A stretch of DNA of 63,157 bases, counting the filler, from Octopus bimaculoides (Eukaryota): NCBI RefSeq assembly GCF_001194135.2. It is 8 parts of 6 records of this genome, joined end to end, with 100 filler letters (N's around TTAATTAATTAA, not from the genome) between each part and the next. Parts side by side here need not be neighbours in the genome. Positions count along the whole stretch, not along the records: positions 21,741 to 39,510 come from NC_068986.1; 7 more parts are not named here. The stretch is one strand, 5' to 3'. Positions within the stretch are counted from its first letter, which is position 1. Each line of letters begins with the position of its first letter. Below are positions 23,986-38,120 of this stretch, piece after piece. The notes beneath the pieces are model-generated. The model saw nothing but the letters and a program-made list of their open reading frames with translations. It ran no database searches and had not been told where the DNA came from. The position numbers and the translations under genes were made by a program.

Positions 23986-24584
23986 ATATTAAAAAAATGG
24001 CAGGCACTATGGCCATATTAGGTGTGTAAGTACTCTCTCTCAATTTTACTAAACTTACTAGATACGAATAAATAGGTTTCTAAGCACTTAAAAGAAGAAA
24101 TTGAATCTTTATTTTAGATGTTTCAATTTGGAATTTCTTATTTTTGTTTCATATTATCTGCAGTGGGGTTTCTACATAGTCAGTAATAGAATTTGTAGTG
24201 CTTTTGGTTGATACAATTACATTAAGATGTAGCAGTTTGTCTCCAACACATGACACAGTAAATAATCATTTGACTCCTTCGTAAACATTCCTAAATAGAC
24301 TTTTTTCTTATCTGTCTTCCTAAGTATATACAGTAAGTGCTTTCCTTTCCATCTTCCATTGTTAGCCATATCTGTGATTACTTTTGTTTCTCACTTAACT
24401 TTTGGCTTTACTACCTCACCTCCAAGCCAAATTGATTGCTGCATATTCCATTGTTATCTTTTCATTTCTGCAAAATCACTCAAGCAAACCCTACACGTGT
24501 GAATTTTCTGTTTTCTTTTTCTCTCAGAGAAACATTGTGTGGAAATTTGGACAATCTGTTTGCTTGCACCATGTATCTTTTACT

Positions 24585-24910
24585 ATTTACTTGTTTCTGT
24601 TATTCGACTGTGGCCATTCTGGGGCATTGCCTTGAAGGGTTAGTCGAACAAATTGACCCTCAGTATTTATTTATTTATTTTAAAGTCAGGTTCTTATTCT
24701 CTGAGTCTCTTTTGCTGAATTTTAAAGTTATGTGACGTAAACAAACCAACACTGGTTATCAATAGTGAGGTGGGTACACAAATACAAAGACACATGTATA
24801 TACATATATATGGTCAGCCTGGACTTATAGTAGTAGAAAATACTTGCCCAGAATGCCTTGCAGTAGGACTGAACCTGAGACCATATGGTTGCAAAGTGAG
24901 CATCTTAAGG
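24585..24910 (-). mobile_element. Older family A SINE
   Basis: Diverged match (ttacttgtttc...gtggccattctgg...gcagtaggactgaacc). Confidence 0.7.
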
Positions 24911-25832
24911 CAAGGATTCAAATATTTGGCTCTTTACATTGTTTATCTGTTTCTCTGTCTGTTAGTTTTCACTCACTCGGAAAATGGTGCTACTACATTC
25001 CTGGTCATCTTATGTAATACTTCTAGCCCTCATCTAGCTCTTGGAAAATAAATAACATTAATTTGCTTGTGCCTTTCTCACCTCTGATGACCTATCCATT
25101 CTTTGCTACTATGGAAAGCAGAACTAAAACTACGACAATGATTGGAGAGGGTACATGGTTGACCATTTCAGATATCAGACCAATAATGTGATTGTATGGT
25201 TGTGTCTTGTGGTACTACATAATCTCTTTAGTTAAGATGCACTTTGAGCTTCTATTAGTAGTCTCTATGAGACAATGGATTAAGGGGCTTAGCATTTGCT
25301 CTTTTGTTTTTGTTTTTTTTTTCTCTTTTTAACTAGTTTGAGAACTAATGGCAAAGCTGAAACCTATAATGTCTCCATTCATTGAATATTTCTTGATAAT
25401 ATTGGAACGTGTTTTCTGATAAACCATAGTCGTGATGACAATGAAATGCCGGCTATTTTTAACTTATATTGTAAGTTGATAATTACCATGATGGTGGTAG
25501 CTGCAGCTAATAATGATGGTGAAATATGTATATTAAAGTGAAACTGAATTTAAGTAATTAAAAGTGGAGGAAAACATTTCTGTTGTCTCCAAGCTTTAAT
25601 ATCTGATAAAGCATCTCGTCTAGCAATGTAAAAGAGAATGTAAATGGTTTTTCTTTTCTCCTTAGCACTGATTAAAAATAGTCACTCCTTTAATTTATTT
25701 ATGTGTTTGGCTAAAATGAAACTAATTATAAAGTTAACAATTTAATTTCGTATTTATCAACTGGGAAAGGAAAACAAAAGTAGAGGGCGGGGGTGTTATA
25801 GAAATAAAATTACATTGTCCAACAAGTATAGG

Positions 25833-25880
<48 letters not shown>

Positions 25881-26769
25881 ATTATCATTATTGTCATCTT
25901 TGTTGTTGTTCTTTTTATAACTTATTTTCCATTCGACATCAACGATGGCATGTGCTAGTTTGGGACCATAATTAACCATTTATCACACATTCGATAATTT
26001 TTTTTTTTTTTAGTTTCTTGTCTAAAGAGTTTTTGATGTCTAAAACATTTTCTCTTTAATAACGACAAACTCCAATTATTGATATTATTGATTTTTTCCC
26101 GTTTTTAACAAGTTGTTTTATTATTATTATTATCATCACTAATGTTTATTGTTATGCTTTATATTTTACTATTTTTGAAGCTATTGAAATTAAAAGCACT
26201 AGTTTACTCACATAATAAATAAATAATAAAATATATAAATAACAGTATTAATAATTTGTAATGAAATATTAATATCTTTCAAGTGTAATTCCTTTTATAT
26301 TTTCTCCCCTCTTTTTAAATTTTTGTTTAGATTTAATTCTATTCTTTGTAGGAGACATGACATAATAAAAAGATATATGAAAAAAAAAAAAACCTTGTAT
26401 TTTTGTTAATAGGCTGAACTAAGTAAAATAATTTGTTGATTGTTGCACTGATAAAATAATTTATATTTTATTTCTCTGAGATATGAATTATGGTTTCATT
26501 TTACAAACATGGCCATAATGATAAACCCATAAGTAAATAAGAAAGCTCAAAGCATCATTAAAAAAAAACAACGAAAATATGAAAACCTACAACTTCTGTA
26601 AAACCAACACTATCACAATAATGGAGAAAACAAATGAAACATTATGTTGTATTTACTTTGCGTGAAAACATGACAATGTAATTAGGATTATGGCCATGTC
26701 ATGATGATATGATCTCCAATATTGCTATGATGTCTCATGCATATATGTGTGTGTGTGTGTGTGTGTGTA

Positions 26770-27160
26770 AGCATAGCTGTTTGGTTAAGAAACTTGCTTC
26801 CTAACCATGTGGTTTTTGGTTCAGTCCCACTGTGTGGCAATTTGGGCACATGTCTTCCACTAAAACCCCAGGCCAACCAAAGCCTTGTGAGTAAATTTAG
26901 TACATAGAAACTGAAAGTAGCCCATAATACACACACACACGTGTGTGCTCTTGTTATGATGATATGGTTGTAAATGAGCATTATCGTCATACAAGTTATG
27001 TTGTTTGTTCCTGGAGTTCCATGAAAAACATGCCTGGCTCTGGAGAAATATTACCTTGCTTGGATACATATGAAGGTTAGCAACAGGAAGTGCTTAAAAT
27101 CTTAGAAAATCTTCCTTGTCAAATTCCATCTGATGCATAAAAAATGGAAAAGTGCATGTT
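26770..27160 (+). mobile_element. Family A-headed SINE with RTE-like tail
   Basis: Head tagctgtttggttaagaaacttgcttcctaaccatgtgg..ttcagtccc; tail ggaagtg...ccatctgatgcat..aatggaaaagtg. Confidence 0.75.
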
Positions 27161-27326
27161 ATTTGGAAAGCATTTAAAGGCATAGAAATGTTTACCATAG
27201 GAATGATATATATCTATATANNNNNNNNNNNNNNNNNNNNNNNNNNNNNNNNNNNNNNNNNNNNNNNNNNNNNNNNNNNNNNNNNNNNNNNNNNNNNNNN
27301 NNNNNNNNNNNNNNNNNNNNNNNNNN

Positions 27327-27670
27327 TCATCATCATCATCATCATCGTTGTTTAACGTCTGCTTTCCATGCTAGCATGGGTTGGGCGATTTGACTGAGGA
27401 CTGGCAAGCCAGCAGGCTGCACCAGGCTCCAATCTGATCTGGCAGGGTTTCTACAGTTGGATGCCCTTCCTAACGCCAACCACTCCGAGAGTGTAGTGGA
27501 TGCTTTTACGTGCCACCGGCACGAGGGCCAGTCAGGCAGTACTGGCAACGGCCACGCTCAAAAAGGTGTTTTTTACGTGCCACCTGCACGGGAGCCAGTC
27601 CAGCGGCACTGACAATGACCTTGCTCAAATGATTTTCTAACATGCCACTAGCACAAGTGCTAGAAGGCGA
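27327..27670 (-). mobile_element. RTE LINE 3' UTR fragment with (GAT)n tail
   Basis: Closely similar to 56899-57230 (ctttccatgctagcatgggttgg...gatgcccttcctaa.gccaaccactcc), preceded by (CAT)n on the plus strand. Confidence 0.85.
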
Positions 27671-27789
27671 TATATATATACATAAATGAATAATACATTA
27701 TGGTTAGGTAGTGGCCAAAAATGTACAATCATGAATGCAAGCAACCAAAATGGGGTTTCCCTGAAGGATTTCTGGAGTAACATTACTTG

Positions 27790-28065
27790 ACAAGATGCAT
27801 AGCTCAGAGATTAATGTGTCTCTCCAAGATGAGCTGCTATTTTTCTGCATTGAGAGGTCACAACTCTGGTACTACAGACAAGTGATTAGAATGTTGCAGA
27901 AAAGGATTGCAAGTTGGATTCAACTGGGAGGAGACCTGGGGATAATATTCATAGTCCCAATTGGTCATGTTTTGGAATCCAGCAGGAAAGTGTAATGGTG
28001 GTTGGTTATGATAAGACCCTATGGAGGAGGTGCCTAAAGACTCTGCTCTACAACCCTCACAGAAA
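27790..28065 (+). pseudogene. Old RTE-type LINE ORF2 C-terminal fragment
   Basis: IERSQLWYYRQVIRM...TGRRPG resembles the RTE consensus IERSQLRWFGHV.RM...G.RPRGRP. Confidence 0.65.
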
Positions 28066-28114
28066 TAGTGGGTGGGGAAAATGGATGGATGTTTGTTTAT
28101 AATTTTTATCATCT

Positions 28115-28465
28115 ATTTGTTTCAGTCATCAGACTGGCCTTGTAGGGTTAAGTTGAATATATTGCTCTAGTACTTATTTTTTTAAGCTTGGTACCTGGGA
28201 CCTATTCTATCAGTCTGTTTTGCTGAATTGCTAAGTGATGGGGGAATAAGCAAATTAACACCAGTTGTTAAGCAGTGTGTGTGCAGTGTACACACACATG
28301 TGTGCATGCGTGATGGGCATTCAGTTTCTGTCTTCCAAATCAACTCACAAAACTTTGGTCAGAGCTATAGTAGAAGATGCTTGCCTAAGGTGCCATGCAG
28401 TGCGACTGAACCCCAAACCATGTGATTGGGAAGCAAAGTTCTTACCACACAGCCACATTTGTGCC
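28115..28465 (-). mobile_element. Older family A SINE
   Basis: Diverged full-length match. Confidence 0.75.
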
Positions 28466-28827
28466 TCTGGCCATGACCACACCTATAACCAAGTAACATT
28501 CTTTTCATCATTCTTAATGATTTTTTTTATTTTGAAATTTTTTTTACTTATGTAGTAAATTAACCATTAGACATTCATAACATTTTTAGCACAAATTACA
28601 TAAAATAAACTAAATCTCTTTTGTAATACTGTCGATTTTGACTATAATGATCTGACCACAAATAAAAACGCAATAAGCATTTAAATAAACAAAACAAATT
28701 TTAGGTTATTTTTTGCTCAATAATTACAGGACCATCTTTCCTATTATTTCCTGTGTTTTTTTTTTACAGTGATGGTAGGGTATGATAGGAGGGAAATTAG
28801 CTATTATTTTAGAATGTTGAAAGGCAG

Positions 28828-29045
28828 TAAGCTGGCAGAATCGTTAGCATGCCGGGTGAAAATGCTTGGGGGCATTTCGCCCGTTGCTGCTTTCTAAGTT
28901 CAAATTCTGCTGAGGTTGACTTTGTTTTTTATTGTTTCAGGGTCAATAAATTAAGTACCAGTGAAACACTGGGGTCGATGCAATCAACTGGTCCCCTTCC
29001 CCCAAATGACTGCCCTTGTGGCAAAATTTGAAACCATTATTTTAG
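28828..29045 (+). mobile_element. Second SINE-like family ('family B')
   Basis: agctggcagaatcgttagcatgccggg...gttcaaattctgc.gagg..gactttg...aagtaccag..actggggtcgatg. Confidence 0.8.
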
Positions 29046-29932
29046 AATGTTGAGAAACTAAAGAGGCGTTCCTTCATTAGCTTATCAGATACTGTGCAGA
29101 CTAGTTGGAAATATTATGGGGAATGTCTCAGACATAAAATACAGTTGATATTACTATAGCCAGTGTCATACATTGTGTCCTAATTATTCTGTTCTAGTTT
29201 ACAACATGTTATGGTCAGTGTTATAAACTATTTTGTATTAATAGGGTGAGATAGTCATGAATAATAAATACTGACAGTTGTGTGAGAACATGCTTGTGTG
29301 TGTGTGCACACATGTGAGTGTATATGTACGCACACACCATCTTCATTAGATTTAATATCATCAACATCCTTGACTAACACATTTCTCCTTAATAATCTTC
29401 ATCAAATTACATTCCCAATATTGAGGCGTATGATTCCAGCTTGAAATAAATTTCAGGTATTGCTCTTGTAAGCACCTACTTGTAACTTGTCTCTGACAGG
29501 CATGCCACTTATTCACCAAAAGCTGTTATCATTGTTCTGCTTCATATTCTATGGGTCAATTTAAGGAGATTCACACTGTGAACGAGGAGCCTCCTCTCTC
29601 TTCTTCAAGCTCTTCATCACTCTGTTACAAGATGTCTGCTCACTCTTGTACATAACATTTGTGGGTGTTATCTGGGTGTGTTTCTGTCATGTCTTTCATT
29701 TGAGGGGGGATAAGGTCATTCATATTGGCATGAAGCCTGTGAATTTATTGAAGAGAAAACAGGTAGTTGTGATGTTAATGCTTTTCTGAAAGACATTAGT
29801 AATACAAACTAAATGAAATGACTACAACTGGAGTTTGAACTGGGTTTCAAGTCTCTGGCTTGTTATTTTGGGTCCTGCTGTGTTTTGAAAGGGAATATTG
29901 AGTGTAGGATTCTGTATTTTTTTTTAAATAAG

Positions 29933-30290
29933 CAGGTGTGGCTGTGTGGTTAAGAAACTTACTTTTCAGCCATGTGGTCTTGGGTTCAGTCCCACTGTAT
30001 AGCATCTTGAGCAAATGTCCTCCATCATAGACCTGGGCTGACCAAAACCTTGTGAAGAATTGTACGCATGTATGAATGTGTGTGTCTATGTGTATATACC
30101 CTTGTCTAGAAATCATATTGTGGCTGTAAAATGGCAATCACCACCATACAAAGGCAGTTCTATGAAAAGCGTGTTCAGCAATGTAAAAATATTTTCTTGC
30201 TTGGAAACAGGTGAGGGTTGGCAACAGGAGAGCATTCAGTTGTAGAAAAATCTTACTAAGCAAATCCTGTCTGAGCCTTGCAGGCATCAT
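29933..30290 (+). mobile_element. Family A-headed SINE with RTE-like tail
   Basis: Head gtgtggctgtgtggttaagaaactt...gggttcagtccc; tail resembles 26940-27150. Confidence 0.75.
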
Positions 30291-30910
30291 AATGATAATG
30301 ATAAAAACGATGTAGTAGTAGTAGTAGTAGTAGCAGCAACAGCTGCTGCCACCAATGAAATTACTGATCTGAACATTGTCAGTTCAATCCTTACTGCTTC
30401 CATGCCTTGGAAAATCACAGTGTTCCATTTGCCTCATTTTAAACTGGTTGAAGAATAAGCTGTATCTTCTGCATTGTAGCAGAGTAAAGTAGTTGGCATT
30501 AAAACAATTAAGCAACTTATTCTTGTGATAGATATGGCATTATTGTAAAGAACCACACAACCAACTACAGAAAAACTTCTCTCTCTTCCTCTCCCCATCT
30601 CTTTTCTTTTCCTTTAAAATATCGATTTGTAAATTATGTAGAATGTATACAAGCTAATTTGTCCGTTGAGTTTTCTGCCAGCTCTCTTAGATTTAGTTAT
30701 TTTTAAGCATTAACTAATTAACTTGTGTTTTAATGTTTATCATGAAATATGGTTGTCATTTGCAATCAGGAATTTCATTGTCTTAATGTAATACACATTT
30801 GGATACAATCTTCTTTGCCTGTTAACATTGCCTATATGTCTATATCTTGTGGTTCACATTGAACTCACTCCCTTCCATTTACTGTCCATGTTTTAACAAC
30901 ACATCACATT

Positions 30911-30964
<54 letters not shown>

Positions 30965-31775
30965 TAGATATATATATATAAAAGTTTTTTCTTTTATAGT
31001 TTCCAAAAATCAGTCTTCAATTTTCTGTCTGCTTCACATCTCTCTGTCTGTCTCTTCAGAAATTCCTAACAAATGCGAAAGTATAAATATAATTGGAAAT
31101 AGTAATTGTAGCTGTATTTATTGTATTTTTTCTCTCTCCTTACCTGTATCTTAATTAAATTCATTATCTTGAATGCTTACAGAATGAGTAAAACATATTT
31201 CCCTCCAAGCAATTGTCTTATCAACAGAGAATACTGTCTAATTACACTATCTCATTGAGCACAAGCAATTTATAAAATGCTCCGTCTGTCGTATCATTAT
31301 AGATTTTGTCCTTTCTTCATTTTCTTTTTTCACATACTATATGCTTTTTCTTCTCCTCCCTGTTCCTCTTCTTTTTACCACTTGTCTTTTTTTCTCTTTC
31401 TTTTGTAAATAAGTGGAACTACTAAGAATCTTTTGATTCAGTGAAATTTCCAACTGTCTTTTTTTGGTAATTCCCTTCTAGAATGATGTTTCAGTAATTG
31501 TATTCGTAGATAATGTAGATGTGTTTTTTTCAGCATCTTCCAGGTTATATTCTGATTTAAGGAGGTTAATTCTAGTCAGTCTTGGCTTGTTAGCATATGC
31601 AAGCAGCAGATTAAAAGCCAGTGCTTATTCTCAGGTGTAGCAAAAGTAACCTTAACTGCTCAGGGTTAGTTTGACTTCACCTCATAGTTGATTCCCTTTT
31701 TCATTACAGCCTCATCCTTTTTCCTGCTTAAATCTAGTTATCATTGGATTACATTTTCTTCTCTCTCTCTCTCTC

Positions 31776-31806
<31 letters not shown>

Positions 31807-32242
31807 TTCTCTCTTTCTCTCTCTCTCATTGCACTGAAAAACAATATGTCAAGGAAAAAATATGATTGGATGTTTAAAACAAAACGACAAAAAAAAAAAA
31901 AAATGAAGTAAAAATCCTAAATGCAATAAATGAAGTAACAGAATAAATAATGCATTGAACTTTACTTACATACATACACTGCCTCCTATAGATAGAGACA
32001 AATCTCCCCCTCGGCTACCTATAAAATCTATCACTTTGTAACACCTAGTTGCTCAGTTTGCCTTGGAGCATTTTCGAAAATGGAGCTGAATATATTGTAC
32101 CTGCCACATGAAGAGGAAATTATTATTTTTGCTTAATACAATGTTGATACATTGAAAATTATTTGCTTTCTTGCTTTCTTTTCTATTAATTTCATATTTT
32201 TATTTCACGAATATTGCTTTATGCATATTTGTTTTCTCTGTC

Positions 32243-32280
<38 letters not shown>

Positions 32281-33406
32281 TTTTATTATTATTCCTTTTA
32301 TTTATAAGTATTAATATTATTGTCATTATTATTTGTTTTATTATTATTCATTTTATAAGTATTATTGTTATTCATTTTAATAGTATTCATTTTATAGAAA
32401 TTATTCATCATCATCATCGTTATTATTATTATTAATATTATTATTATTATTATTCATTTTATAAGTCTTTTGCATCATTCATTTGGTTGTATTTCATTCA
32501 TCTTTGAAGGAAACCTGTTTATAGTTCTTTTTTTTTTTGTTACTGTCGTGTCTGTTTCATATTCATATTTGTTGTTGTTATATATTCTTCCCAATCATTT
32601 TGCTTTTTGATTTTCTTTCTTTTTTTTTTTGTTACATTTTCATCATGGCCTTAGATATTGTCAATTGAAAGGAAAAAAAAGTAATTTTCTTCTTCTTCTT
32701 CCTTTTGTCTTTATGTATATGCATTCTTTGCTTTGTTATATGCTGCACCTTATAGTCTCAAACTCTGCTAGAGAAAATGGCAGAGACAGTTGTAATCAAA
32801 TGGAATTCTCTCTGCTCTGGGAATATTTCTTCTCAAAGTAATATTTGTAAAATGAGAGAAACAGAAAATGAATGCATGTCTTGTTAGTAGTTCCTCCTTA
32901 AAACTATGATAAATGATCATTTTTGTTCAATGTACAATGCAGACAAGAAGGAAAATAATTCTGATAAATGTTTGAAATTTATTCAGTATTAATATTTTTT
33001 CCACCCACTTTTTCTTATTTTTATTTTTATGCTTGCAAGCAAAGCACAAATAAATATTTCATCGTACATTGTATTAAGCATAGGAATCTGGTAGCCAAGA
33101 GGTTAGTAAGATGGTTTATGGCATATGGAGTTATATGTTCAGATTTTGTCACAAGGCATAGGAATTATGCTTGCTTCAATAACTTATAGTTGTTAGTCAA
33201 TTGAGAGTAATCTGGGAAAAAGCACCTTTTAGCAATGTAACATCTGTTCTAGTAGCATATACAATACCATTTACTAGGTGCAAGTATGGCTATTTGTGGT
33301 GTTGTGCTCAATTCTACTGCTCAACACCTTGGGCAAGTACCTATAGCTCTGAACTGGTTGATAACTTGTGAAGAAGTTTGTTGAATAGAAAGTTTGTGGA
33401 AGCCAG

Positions 33407-33464
<58 letters not shown>

Positions 33465-33617
33465 GTGTGTCTGTGCATGAATGCTGACATTTCATGGTTT
33501 TGCTTGTCACCCATTGCCTAACCAAATGGTGATAGGATGCTTATATTCCTTGTCACAAAATGTGCAGTTACTTTGCTCTTCCAAAGACCTGAGAGCTAAC
33601 AATAATAATGATGCAGC

Positions 33618-33840
33618 TACCTGGCAGAATCAATAGCATGCTGGGCGAAACGCTTAGCAGTATTTCGTCTGCCGTTATGTTCTGAGTTCAAATTCTGCTG
33701 AGGTCGACTTTGCTTTTCATCCTTTCGGGGTCGATTAAATAAGTACCAGTTATGCACTGGGGTCGATGTAATCGACTTAATCCCTTTGTCTGTCCTTGTT
33801 TATCCCCTCTACATTTAACCCCCTGTGGGCAATAAATAAA
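33618..33840 (+). mobile_element. Family B SINE
   Basis: Matches 28828-29045. Confidence 0.8.
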
Positions 33841-33935
33841 TAATGATGCTAAAAGCAATAATAAAAACAATGATAATAATAATAACAATGGTGATAATAA
33901 TAATAATAATAATAATAATAATGGCAATAATAATA

Positions 33936-33967
<32 letters not shown>

Positions 33968-34048
33968 GGCAGTAATAATAATAATGATAAAAATATTAAT
34001 AATAGTAATAATAATAATGGCAATAATAATAATGGTAATAAAAATAAT
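33835..34048 (+). repeat. Degenerate (AAT)n array
   Basis: AAT triplets with ATGG and ATGA interruptions; source of the poly-Ile/Leu pseudo-ORFs. Confidence 0.95.
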
Positions 34049-34049
34049 C

Positions 34050-34262
34050 CTTTGTACTATAGACACAAGACCTGAAATTTTGGGGGAGGGGACTAGTTGA
34101 TTTCATTGACCCCAGTGCGTAACTGGTACTTAATTTATCAACCCCAAAAGGAGGCAAGGCAATGTCGACCCTGGCGGCATTTAAACTGAGAACGTGAAGA
34201 CAAATGGAATACCACTTGGCATTTCACTTGGCATGCTAATGACTCTGCCAGCTTGCTGCCTT
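34050..34262 (-). mobile_element. Family B SINE, inverted relative to the 33618 copy
   Basis: Reverse complement gcaagctggcagagtcattagcatgcc...aagtaccagttacgcactggggtc. Confidence 0.8.
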
Positions 34263-34263
34263 C

Positions 34264-34330
<67 letters not shown>

Positions 34331-35417
34331 CTTTTTTATATGAAAGGAAAAAATAAGGTTTGATGAAAGAAAGAGCATTCTGTTGTAAAACCCATGCTTC
34401 CATAAATTTCTATGAAGAACTGTGGTTGATGGTTTCAACTGACACCCTCCCTAAGAATTGCTGGCATTGTGCCTAGATCACTAATCATTATTTCAAGTCA
34501 AATATGGTTTTTCTGGTTGTACATTAAGTAATGGTTTCAAATATTTGCATTAGTATTCTGTTCTGATAGCACTTTAAGTGTTGGGTCAATAATTATAAAA
34601 TTTCATTGCTACCATAAATGTCTTCAGCCATGATTGTCTTTATTCTTCTTTACTTTTGGGTTAATTAAAAACAAATGTGCTAAAGCAAATAAACCCAAAT
34701 GATTTATAATTCTTGGTTATTTATCTTCGTTTATTCTTCTTTACTGAATAAATGATTCACTGTGGTACCATTATAATTAACAGCCTTGTTATGAGATAAT
34801 TCTAATTCACCAATAATCACATTACTGAATCTATTTTCCCCTTCAACTCCTGGCTGGTGTTTGTTCTGATAGCTCTGTCATCAGATGGCATCATGGTGCA
34901 GCTATCTTAATGATAATTGTTCAAGCTGTTAATTAGTACAAAACTATTTGGCTTCATTTCATTTCACTTTTGCTCTTGTGGATTATTATTTATTAAACTC
35001 CATGAGGAACTCTTCACTAAACGCAGATAAACTAGGTATCTTTTCTGCTTTTGAACTTCTGCTGAGTTTAAATTATTAATATTTGAATGGGATTTCATTT
35101 CCATTTTCATTGATGTTTGTTTCCTTAAGTATAACTAACCTTGTTTAGAGCAATGAAAAAGAATATTATCATCCTTTTCTAATTTAAAATAAAGAGGTGA
35201 AAGATTAAGAGATTCTTTTCCTTCTTATCCAGTATTTTGTAATATTTTTTGTGAGCCCACTCATTGCAACCGTCATTTCAAAATAAACTGCTTTTTAGAT
35301 TTACTTAACTTATTCTTCATTATATCTTTCTTGGGTCATCCATTGCCTTCAGATTTGCTCATCACGATCAACAACATATACACATGGTTAAGGGAATTTT
35401 TAATTCTTACCCATATT

Positions 35418-35570
35418 CACGAGGGGGTGCTGAAAAATTCCTAGCTTTAAGGGTATCACAAAAGGCCTGGTTGGAGGCCCAACCTTCCGAGTTCTTTTAC
35501 ACGGCTTAGGAAAACTGAAGGACCTTTGCAATGAGTATGTGAATCTGAGAGAAGAATATGTTGAATAAAA
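35418..35570 (+). mobile_element. Short mariner-derived fragment
   Basis: Starts acgagggggtgctgaaaaattcc, a mariner-like TIR, joined to a sequence resembling a transposase 3' end. Confidence 0.5.
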
Positions 35571-35579
35571 TCATACAAG

Positions 35580-35790
35580 CCATCACCATCACCATCATCA
35601 CCATCATGATCATCATTTAATATTCACATTCCATGTTGGCATGGGTTGGCTGGTTTGACAGATCTGATAGATCTAAGAACTGCAAGTGTGTTCCAGTGTC
35701 TGCTTTGGAATGGTTTCTATGGTTGGATGCCCTTCCTAATGCCAATCACTTTAAAGCATGTACTGGGTGCTTTTTATGTGCCACTGGCAC
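35580..35790 (-). mobile_element. RTE-type 3' end fragment
   Basis: (CAT)-rich tail, then ccatgttggcatgggttgg...ggatgcccttcctaatgccaatcactt. Confidence 0.7.
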
Positions 35791-35816
35791 TAATTAATTT
35801 GCAATGCAACTTATAG

Positions 35817-36030
35817 TACAGGGTTATTCAAAAATAATGAACCAATTTCATTATGCAATTTTTTAATAAGGAAAAGCAATAGAAAACTCCAGCTAAGTCA
35901 CAAGTATTTATTCACAATCAACTTTTATTTCCTTTCTTACAAGTGTTCAGTGTGGCCACCACCTGCAGCATGGGCAACACCAATGCAGTAAGAGAATTCC
36001 TCTCAGACGCATATCAGCATATGATCCACT
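35817..36030. mobile_element. Tc1-like terminal fragment
   Basis: Starts TA|CAGGGTTATTCAAAAATAATGAACC, a typical Tc1/mariner TIR start; no partner TIR found. Confidence 0.4.
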
Positions 36031-36355
36031 GAGTGTCATTTTATTGTGAATATGTAGAATCTGTAACAATATTTTTCTGTCTCTCAATCAACTGCAACAC
36101 TGTCTTTATGTCTCTGAATTTCCTTTCCATTAATTTTTGTTTGCTTTACCTCAAGAGTTCTACTGTTGAAGCCACAACTCCCTTTGAACAGTCTAGAAGC
36201 AGAGTTTTCTAATTTTGAACATTCAGCATTTAAAAATTGACTTTGACAGTGTGTGTGGGTGCAGAGGCATAGCCATGTGGTTAAAAAGTTCAGTGTGCAA
36301 CCATATTGTTTCAGTCTTCTACTGGATTGACTAATGCTTTGTGACTGGAGTTTAG

Positions 36356-36394
<39 letters not shown>

Positions 36395-36701
36395 CTTAGC
36401 AGTTGGGCAAACAGGGTTTGATAAAATAAATATCATACTGGCATGAATACTGGGTTGAAATACAATTGATTAAACTCTTGAAGGTAGTGCACTAGCATTG
36501 CCACAATCCAGTGGCTGAAAGCAGTAAAAGAATATATATAGTAATGCAGTGTATATAAAGATATTTAATAAAATCCTTTCTCTCTTTCTTATTCTCTCCC
36601 CCTCTTTCTCTCTCACATTTGCATACATTACATGCAGACAAAACTTATACATATCTACCTATCAGTATCTATCCCACTCTCTTCCTCTCTTTCTCTCTAC
36701 T

Positions 36702-36759
<58 letters not shown>

Positions 36760-38072
36760 ATACACACACACACACATGCATACATGTATTTGTGGACATG
36801 CGTGTGCAGACATGCACACATAAAGTGTTTGATTTATTGTTGCATTGTGTACACATAAAACGTTATGTAGATTGCAGGTTAAGTTGTTGGAACGACAATA
36901 ATAGGGGTATATTAATTTTGTATTTGTGTATGAAAATTAAATGATGATGGTGATGATAATGTTTGTTTGTGTGTGTGTGTGTGTTTATTTAATAGAGTTT
37001 CATTCGACACAATAAGATCTGGTCCCAACAGTCAAAATTCACGTCATTATTTTAACAATGACTTCAGATATTTTGGAAAGTTTTGCATATTTCTATTGTG
37101 TCACACATAGATTGATTTTGTAGAATTCGGTTCAGTTGTTTGTTTTCTTTCTTTTTGCAAAATTCAGTTTCTTTAGGTTCCTACATAAACATTTGGTTTC
37201 ATAACCAATTATTTGTTCAGCAGCCTTTGTGTGTGTGTGCGCACATGCACACAAGAGCTTATGCATGTGACTGTGTACAGTTATATATTCATGTATATTT
37301 TCACATACTTACATGTACACGCATACATATATACATGTGTGTATGTGTGTGATTTTGCATACGTGCCTATTTGCATGCATCGGGCCTTTTCAATACATAT
37401 GTATATTTATCATATGTGTATTGTATGAATGTATGTTTATATTTGTAGATATTTTTGTGTATTTCCTGTTTGAGTATGTGTAAGATGGAGACGGAGTGAG
37501 TGAGTGTGAGGCATGCATTCACGTATTATTGATTGGATGATAAAGCAGCTCTGTCACATGTGAAACTGTATCTGCATTCAGATTGAAAAACTAATGCTCA
37601 GTTATTGCAAGTCTGGAATATATAGCAGAAATCTTGTTTGATCAAATCATTGAATAATAGGGAACTGTGTTTGATAACTAAGCAAACATTGAAAGACCTG
37701 AACAAGCTATCTCTGGTTGCAGCGTGGTCACTGACTGCAGATGGTGTTTGCTTGTTTGGATTGTATAAATATTTGCTCCGCTGTGTGATCAAGTAGTAGC
37801 CGTTGGTCATAGGGTGTTTACTGGCTTAGGTAAGTCAGTCGATTGCTACTGTGGAGTGGGTTTGCTTTACTGCAATCAGCCAGCTTGATGACAAAGCAGC
37901 CATTCTAGGGCACTTATATCTATGTAAACAAAGACATAAAGCTATCATTATTGTGTCTTTGCTCTTTTGTTAGTGATTCACACCCAAATGATTAGGAATT
38001 TCAGATACATGAACACCGGTGTGTGTATCTATATTTGTATTACCTTATGTATAAATGTTGTGTTCGTGCATA

Positions 38073-38120
<48 letters not shown>

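Noticed and set aside
24300-24340. Possible microexons (8 nt here on the plus strand; 12 nt near 46317-46328 on the minus strand)
   Set aside because: Such motifs are expected by chance in 63 kb and there is no host-gene context.
33688-34100. Poly-Leu/Ile 'membrane protein' ORFs (also 32214 and 44688-44950)
   Set aside because: Translations of (AAT)n and (TAT)n arrays.
37870-37900. miR-2-like sequence (atcagccagcttgatg)
   Set aside because: The seed does not match miR-2 (ATCACAG) and the hairpin is poor.
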